From Promethearchaeia archaeon (lineage in GTDB: Archaea; Asgardarchaeota; Lokiarchaeia; Sigyniarchaeales; SOKP01), in assembly GCA_029856155.1 (NCBI GenBank), contig JAHQWL010000024.1, forward strand, positions 1-55,213: a stretch of 55,213 nt of DNA, in the 5' to 3' direction. Both the position numbers and the translations under genes were made by a program. A model generated the notes under the pieces. That model ran no database searches. It worked only from the letters and a program-made list of their open reading frames with translations, and was not told the origin of the DNA. Positions 49,480-55,213 of this stretch are shown here, one piece after another (position 1 is the first letter of the stretch; every line of letters begins with the position of its first letter).

Positions 49480-50498
49480 TACTCTCTAAACTCCTTACCT
49501 GTAAGTTTTAGAAAAATATCTTCTAAGGTTGGTTTTTTAAATACGAATTCCTCAATATGGATATTATGAGATTTAGTATATCCCAGAAATTGTTCAATAA
49601 TTTCTTCAATATTGTTTGATTCAAACATGATTTGGAAAAATGAATGAGTTTCGCTTAGACTTTTTTCCATTAAAATTTTACCATGTAATTTTTCTTTAAG
49701 AAGTCGATCATAAAACTCAGGTGTTAGATTCTTATGTGATGATTTAAATTCAAAAATGGTATTTGGAAATACACGTTCTTGAATCTCACGTAAACGTCCA
49801 GGTCCTTCAATAATCTTTGTATCTAAAATGACAATTTTTTCAGCTAACCTTTCAGCTTCTTCCATGTAATTGGTAGTTACTAATATTGTCATTCCTTGCT
49901 TAGCTAATTCAAGAATATATTCATGAATAGCACTACGAGTCTGAACATCTACTCCTAACGTTGGTTCATCTAAAATAAGAAGTTCTGGCTCATGGAGTAA
50001 CGCTCGGATTAGTTGGAGCCGTCTTTTCATTCCGCCTGAGTAAGTTCCAACTCGATCATTCCTCCGTTCAAAAAGACCAGCAATCTTTAAAAGCTTCTCA
50101 ATCTTACTAATTATTTCGGATTTTGGCATATTATATAATCGTGCATGAAAACCTAAATTTTCATACCCAGTAAGTTCATTATACAAAGCTATTTCTTGTG
50201 GAACCAGACCAAAAACGCCGAATAATGACTTTCGTTCACTATAAGGATCTTTTCCTTTAACTCTAATTTTTCCATTTGTTTGCTTAAATTGTCCTGTTAT
50301 CAATTTTACCAGTGTTGATTTTCCTGCTCCATTTGGTCCAATTAGACAGAAAATTTCTCCTTTATGAATCTGAAATGAAATATTGTCTAATGCAATGGTA
50401 TTTGGGTAATGTTTACTAATTTGATTTAATTCTATAAGAACTTTATCAGATTTTTGGCTATAATTATCAACCCGATTTGCTTTTTCATTTTCTAACAC
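49479..50498 (-). CDS. ABC transporter ATP-binding protein (DrrA-like)
   Basis: GPNGAGKS, YSGGMKRR, LILDEPT, C-terminal PTLEDIFLKLTG. Confidence 0.95.
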   Translation of the reverse strand: MLENEKANRVDNYSQKSDKVLIELNQISKHYPNTIALDNISFQIHKGEIFCLIGPNGAGKSTLVKLITGQFKQTNGKIRVKGKDPYSERKSLFGVFGLVPQEIALYNELTGYENLGFHARLYNMPKSEIISKIEKLLKIAGLFERRNDRVGTYSGGMKRRLQLIRALLHEPELLILDEPTLGVDVQTRSAIHEYILELAKQGMTILVTTNYMEEAERLAEKIVILDTKIIEGPGRLREIQERVFPNTIFEFKSSHKNLTPEFYDRLLKEKLHGKILMEKSLSETHSFFQIMFESNNIEEIIEQFLGYTKSHNIHIEEFVFKKPTLEDIFLKLTGKEFRE

Positions 50499-50562
50499 AT
50501 TACTTACCCTAGCTAATTTTCATGGTTTTTATAACTATTTAAAATATAAAACCTTAAATATA

Positions 50563-50580
50563 TTACTACTCTAGTAGTAA
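50563..50580. promoter_or_regulatory. Inverted repeat, candidate TrmB-family operator
   Basis: TTACTACT-CT-AGTAGTAA, perfect 8-bp arms, in the divergent ABC/TrmB intergenic region next to TATA-like sequences. Confidence 0.6.
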
Positions 50581-50644
50581 CATAACAAAATATATTTAAA
50601 TATTTTGAAATTGAAAAATCTATTTTTTAATCCTATCTAAGAAT

Positions 50645-51487
50645 ATGAATCATTTAGAAAAATTACTTCAAGAATTAGGTTTTACTCAATATGAAGCCCA
50701 AACACTTGCTACACTAATACGTTATAAAATGTTAAGTGCTCGGGAAATTCATAAATATAGTGGCGTTCCTCAACCTAAAATTTATGAGACAATGATTAAA
50801 CTTCAACAAAAAGGGTTTATTGATATTTATCCAAGAAAAAAAAAGAAAGTGTATTTAGTCAAACCAAAGGAAGTTATTCAAGAATATTTATTAAAATATT
50901 CTCGTAAAATTCAAGATTTAGGACAAAGGAGTATCGAAATAATAGATAATATTTATGATACAGAAGAAGCTGAAGAGATTCCTTTTATCGGCATCGCGGG
51001 AGAATCCATGCTTCAAGAATATCTCCATATGTTGATAGACACAGCTAAAGAAACGGTTATTTCATTTCTTCCTCTCAATCATTATGATGAAAAGATAATT
51101 TCAATCTTAGCTAAACGTAAAAATGAGATTGACATTAAATTAATCTTTCATGATAGGAATATAGGAGATTTAGAAAACCAGCTTTCAGGAATTGATAAAT
51201 ATTTTCTTAATGCACCCACTTTTGATATAATAAAGACTTTAGTTGAAAATATCGAAAATTTCCTTCCATCAGAACATACTAAAGGATATTCATTTCAGAT
51301 TGTAAAAGATATTGCAATGCAATTAGGGAATATATTTGGATTAATGATAATTGATTGGAAAAAAAGTTTTTTCAAAATTCCACTACCAATTCCCCTCCCA
51401 ATGGCAATATTATCAATGTTACCGCAGCTTACTAGCTTTCATAATCGTGGAATTAAAGAAATTTTAGCATCCTCTATAAAATTCTAA
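50645..51487 (+). CDS. TrmB family transcriptional regulator
   Basis: LQELGFTQYEA...SAREI...SGVPQPKIYE...L.QKGF; C-terminal effector-like domain. Confidence 0.9.
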   Translation: MNHLEKLLQELGFTQYEAQTLATLIRYKMLSAREIHKYSGVPQPKIYETMIKLQQKGFIDIYPRKKKKVYLVKPKEVIQEYLLKYSRKIQDLGQRSIEIIDNIYDTEEAEEIPFIGIAGESMLQEYLHMLIDTAKETVISFLPLNHYDEKIISILAKRKNEIDIKLIFHDRNIGDLENQLSGIDKYFLNAPTFDIIKTLVENIENFLPSEHTKGYSFQIVKDIAMQLGNIFGLMIIDWKKSFFKIPLPIPLPMAILSMLPQLTSFHNRGIKEILASSIKF

Positions 51488-51843
51488 AATAGATAGATTG
51501 ATGATATCTTCATAATAAATAGAAAAGGAAAGCAATAGGAACTTAATATTCATTAATAAAAAAATTTGTTGGAGAAAAATAGTTCAGTAAATTTTCTTCA
51601 CTTTCAAAAATCATTTTAATTCCTATACGCTTTACAGCATTTCTATATTTAACTTTTTAATACTTTACTCTGTAAAACGTAATTCTGAATTATTTTATAC
51701 CTTAAGATCGATGATTTAGATTTATTTTGATAAAAATTTAAAAATCTAGTGATATTAGGTATCAATATCTAAGGAGATTTCTAATTTTTTACTTCTTAAA
51801 TAAGGTAAATAAAAATTCAAAAAAGTAAAATGATGAAAGAAAT

Positions 51844-54800
51844 ATGTTAAAAATAATTAAATCAAGACAAATTTCTGTTATAATATTAGTAGCAATGCTG
51901 ACTAGTATAACAACTTCTATGTTTTTTAGCTATAGTCCTTATAACTTACTTAATTCTACTGATGCGAGAGCTTCTATTAAAGAGATCGAATCTTTATCAG
52001 ATCCAAAAGTGGTTCATCCAAATTCTCTTGTGGATGCTGATAATGATAAGATAGATGATAAGTTGTCGGCATTAATTAATGGAATAACCGAACTAGAACT
52101 GGAATCACCAAATGCTTTACGTGAAAATGGTCAAAAAGTTAAGGTTTGTGTTTGTGTTAATAAAAAACCTAACGATGCTTTAATTGAGAGATTAATAGGA
52201 TACGGTGCAGAAATTGAAACTGTTTATGATGAATTAATTTATGCTATATATGCAATTTTGCCTGTTAGTATGATTGATATTGTCGCAGCGGATAACGAAG
52301 TTACCTATATTCAGAAAGAATACTATAGTACTGCTCATTTGGATACAAGTACAATAAATATGGGTGTAAGAGGATCTTCGTATGTATGGAACGCAATTCC
52401 TGCAATTAAAGGAAATCATCACTATGCGGTTGCCATTTTAGATACAGGTGTCGATTCTACGCATCCGGATATGGCCAATTTTCTGTATTTTCGTGATTTT
52501 TCAGGAGGAGGTTATCCAAGTGGCAGCACAGGATATGATTATGGTCATCACGGTACTCATTGTGCTTCTATAGCAGCTGGCACGGGAATGGCTGACACGG
52601 ATCCTGAAATTGTTGAACAGACAGTTTCTAATCAATTTCCATCATCAATCTGGTCTACTTACTTAAACTGGTTCGAGATTAAAGATAACACTAATACTCC
52701 AGATACTATCGTAAGATTAGATTGGGATAATAGTGGTGGACAGGCATATTTTGGAGTTATGAATTCAACTTTAGATTGGATTACCTCTTATGGTCCTTAT
52801 TCAACTACTCCAATTGAACATAACCTAGGAAATCTTTCTCCTGATGCTTATTTAGTTTATATAGCACCAGTAGAAACAGGAACTTACAATAGAAATTATA
52901 CTTGTTCAATCGAACATGAATATGCTTATACATTAGGTGGAGAATATGGTGGTACACCTCTATTTACTGGTGTAGCTCCACAAAGCAAGATTGTTAGCTT
53001 AAAAGTATTAGATGATACTGGAAGTGGGACTGATCAAATGTTACTAAATGCTTTCACTTGGATTTCAAATAACGGTAAAAATCCTGCTTATAACATTACA
53101 ACCGTTTCAATGTCTTTAGGTTTTGGTGGTTTTATTGTTCCAACGATAGACACTGCAATTAATAACCTTGTTGATGAAGGATTTATTTGTGTCACATCAG
53201 CTGGTAATGATGGAACTGACATTCCAATTGGTAGTCCTGGGATAGCACAAAAATGTATAACAGTTGGGGCTGTTAATGATGCTTTTGAAGTAGTATATTA
53301 TAGTTCAAATGGAGATAACACGTATTATAAACCTGATGTTATCGCACCTGGTGGTACTGTAGCATATTCTGGTACTGGTTCAATTGGAAATTTAATAGTA
53401 GCAGCTGATTCAAACTATGGAGAGGATGGAAATTCTATGTCAGATCAAGTAATTAACGATTATAGAGGTATGCAAGGAACTTCAATGTCCTGTCCACATG
53501 TTGCTGGACTTGCACAGTTGGTAATTGATGCAATAATTCAAACTGAGGGAAGTTGGACTTGGTCGCAAACCAATGCATTAAAAGTAAAACAATTAATATG
53601 TATGGGGACATGGGAAGTTAATGCCGGTGAAACATACGATGGAGATGGAGATGGAAATCCGCAAAACCCTTCTTTAAATCGAATAGGAAGAGATAATGTA
53701 GAGGGTTATGGGATGGTAAGAGCGGATGCAGTAATTCAAGCTATTACTCACCCAACGACTGGTAATATGATAAATGAACCATTTTATCTTAACCGTGGAT
53801 CCGGTATGTTTGCAAACGATTCAAAAGTCTTCCTTTTTTCGCTGAGTGCAACAGTAGGAGAAATTTTTAATTTTTCTCTTGAAGTTCCCTCTACTGGAGA
53901 TTTTGATCTTATAATTTATGATGATGATTATGATTCACTTACAGGTAGACCTGTTGTTTTTACATCAAGTATAAACAGTGGTTTAGGAGTTGATGAATCT
54001 TTGATATTTAGTCCCTCTGATTCTGGTACTTATTATTGGTCAATTAGAGCTGCAGAAGGATATGGAACTTGTCAACTATCGCTAAGCGGATTTAATTCAG
54101 CTCCTGATGCTCCGACTAATCCCTCCCCATCTAATGGCACCATTGATGTGTCTATTAATCCTATTTTAAGTGTGAATGTATCCGATCCCGATGGAGATAT
54201 AATGAATGTGTCGTTTTATGATGCTTCCGACGATTCGTTGATCGGAACCGATCTTAATGTTTTAAGTGGAGGAAATGCCTCAATTCAATGGTTTTGGCTT
54301 TCTGGAAAGACATATTATGAGTGGTATGCGAGTGCCGATGATGGCATATATTCTACTCTATCTGCAACATGGTCATTTACTACAGTTAACACTGCTCCCG
54401 ATACTCCGACTGATCCCGTTCCCATTAATGGCACCATTGATGTGTCTATTAATCCTATTTTAAGTGTGAATGTATCCGATCCCGATGGAGATATAATGAA
54501 TGTGTCGTTTTATGATGCCTCTGATGATTCTTTGATCGGAACCGACACAGGGATCTCAAGCGGAGGAACCGCATCTATTAACTGGGTTGGGCTATCTGAA
54601 GGTTTTTCTTATCAATGGTATGCGATTGCTGATGATGGTCAAGATTCTACTCAATCAACAACATGGTCATTTACAACTCTACAGGATACACCCATTTGGG
54701 TTGAAGAACCAACTGACCAAACAATTGACTATGGTAATGATTTTAACTATGATTTAAACGCATATGACATTTCTGGCATCTCTGATTGGTGGATTAATGA

Positions 54801-55059
54801 TACCATTAATTTTATGATTGATAGTAATGGGTTGATAACTAATCGTGTTTCTTTGTCTTTGGGTGTTTATTGGTTAGAAGTACGGGCTTATGATGCATAC
54901 GGTCGATATTGCAGTAATAATTTTAAGGTTGTTGTTGAGAGTGATGACGATAGTGGAAATAATGCAATCTTAGGATATTATATATGGATTATATTAAGTA
55001 CAATAGCATTAGTATCAATAATATTAATTAGGAAAAGAATTAAACTATATGTGCTTTAA
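51844..55059 (+). CDS. S8 (subtilisin-like) cell-surface serine protease with Ig/Fn3-like repeats and Loki-CTERM-like anchor
   Basis: Catalytic triad AILDTG / HGTHCA / GTSMSCPHVAG, oxyanion SAGNDG, signal/TM at the N-terminus, C-terminal AILGY-TM-RKRIK. Confidence 0.92.
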   Translation: MLKIIKSRQISVIILVAMLTSITTSMFFSYSPYNLLNSTDARASIKEIESLSDPKVVHPNSLVDADNDKIDDKLSALINGITELELESPNALRENGQKVKVCVCVNKKPNDALIERLIGYGAEIETVYDELIYAIYAILPVSMIDIVAADNEVTYIQKEYYSTAHLDTSTINMGVRGSSYVWNAIPAIKGNHHYAVAILDTGVDSTHPDMANFLYFRDFSGGGYPSGSTGYDYGHHGTHCASIAAGTGMADTDPEIVEQTVSNQFPSSIWSTYLNWFEIKDNTNTPDTIVRLDWDNSGGQAYFGVMNSTLDWITSYGPYSTTPIEHNLGNLSPDAYLVYIAPVETGTYNRNYTCSIEHEYAYTLGGEYGGTPLFTGVAPQSKIVSLKVLDDTGSGTDQMLLNAFTWISNNGKNPAYNITTVSMSLGFGGFIVPTIDTAINNLVDEGFICVTSAGNDGTDIPIGSPGIAQKCITVGAVNDAFEVVYYSSNGDNTYYKPDVIAPGGTVAYSGTGSIGNLIVAADSNYGEDGNSMSDQVINDYRGMQGTSMSCPHVAGLAQLVIDAIIQTEGSWTWSQTNALKVKQLICMGTWEVNAGETYDGDGDGNPQNPSLNRIGRDNVEGYGMVRADAVIQAITHPTTGNMINEPFYLNRGSGMFANDSKVFLFSLSATVGEIFNFSLEVPSTGDFDLIIYDDDYDSLTGRPVVFTSSINSGLGVDESLIFSPSDSGTYYWSIRAAEGYGTCQLSLSGFNSAPDAPTNPSPSNGTIDVSINPILSVNVSDPDGDIMNVSFYDASDDSLIGTDLNVLSGGNASIQWFWLSGKTYYEWYASADDGIYSTLSATWSFTTVNTAPDTPTDPVPINGTIDVSINPILSVNVSDPDGDIMNVSFYDASDDSLIGTDTGISSGGTASINWVGLSEGFSYQWYAIADDGQDSTQSTTWSFTTLQDTPIWVEEPTDQTIDYGNDFNYDLNAYDISGISDWWINDTINFMIDSNGLITNRVSLSLGVYWLEVRAYDAYGRYCSNNFKVVVESDDDSGNNAILGYYIWIILSTIALVSIILIRKRIKLYVL
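54094..54681 (+). repeat. Tandem 294-bp (98-aa) intragenic duplication
   Basis: Units start at 54094 (NSAPDAP) and 54388 (NTAPDTP); 54132-54224 is identical to 54426-54518 over 93 bp. Confidence 0.9.
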
Positions 55060-55213
55060 TTGAGTTTGATGCGTAAAATCAATAATAGGATCAAAAATTT
55101 TTCAAAGTAATTCTAATTTGATTTTTTTTAATTTTTACTTTCAATTGTTCTATTCCTTTTTTTTTTAACTTCAATCCTTTTTATTAAAATTAGTGAAATT
55201 CTCCCAATTTGTG

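Noticed and set aside
51488-51843. 356-bp intergenic region as a possible ncRNA
   Set aside because: Very AT-rich with only short hairpins; consistent with terminator plus promoter sequence.
1263-54463. Many short (60-140 aa) ORFs antisense to or out of frame within long genes (e.g. 1263-1469, 10045-10362, 20540-20869, 23079-23495, 37477-37800, 54266-54463)
   Set aside because: They overlap well-supported CDSs, have no motifs, and are typical shadow ORFs, especially opposite hydrophobic genes.
1-55213. CRISPR arrays, tRNA/rRNA genes, IS elements, integrases, known defence genes
   Set aside because: No regularly spaced repeats, GC-rich structured RNA segments, transposase or recombinase motifs were seen by eye; a covariance-model search was not possible.

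Overview
AT-rich (about 30% GC by eye), gene-dense prokaryotic window of roughly 50 CDSs. It is most consistent with an Asgard archaeon of the Lokiarchaeia/Promethearchaeota type. This is an inference from two surface proteins ending in a Loki-CTERM-like I-[PL]-[GS]-Y + TM + basic tail, a longin/roadblock-like protein, a multi-TM MCP, a TrmB regulator, a GGR-like flavoprotein, TATA-like boxes and oligo-T terminators. Content: (i) 0.1-13 kb candidate sugar/glycoside catabolic cluster (membrane-anchored lyase-like protein, OYE, ThuA-like, Gfo/Idh/MocA, GH3, DUF1624-like, SDR, FAD protein); (ii) MCP, O-methyltransferase, WD40 protein; (iii) 18.5-24.5 kb operon of small membrane proteins, ABC transporter, an unannotated 31-aa peptide, three tandem 6-TM paralogues and a winged-helix regulator with a palindromic operator; (iv) acyl-CoA ligases, esterase, thioesterase, OYEs, nitroreductases, ferredoxin, MFS transporters; (v) a DsrEFH/TusDCB-like triad; (vi) a tandem eukaryote-like SH3 protein and a longin-roadblock-like protein; (vii) a TrmB-linked ABC-2 exporter and a large S8 protease with an internal DNA duplication. 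Several genes appear to start at non-canonical ATA/ATC codons. No rRNA, tRNA, CRISPR array or transposase was recognised.
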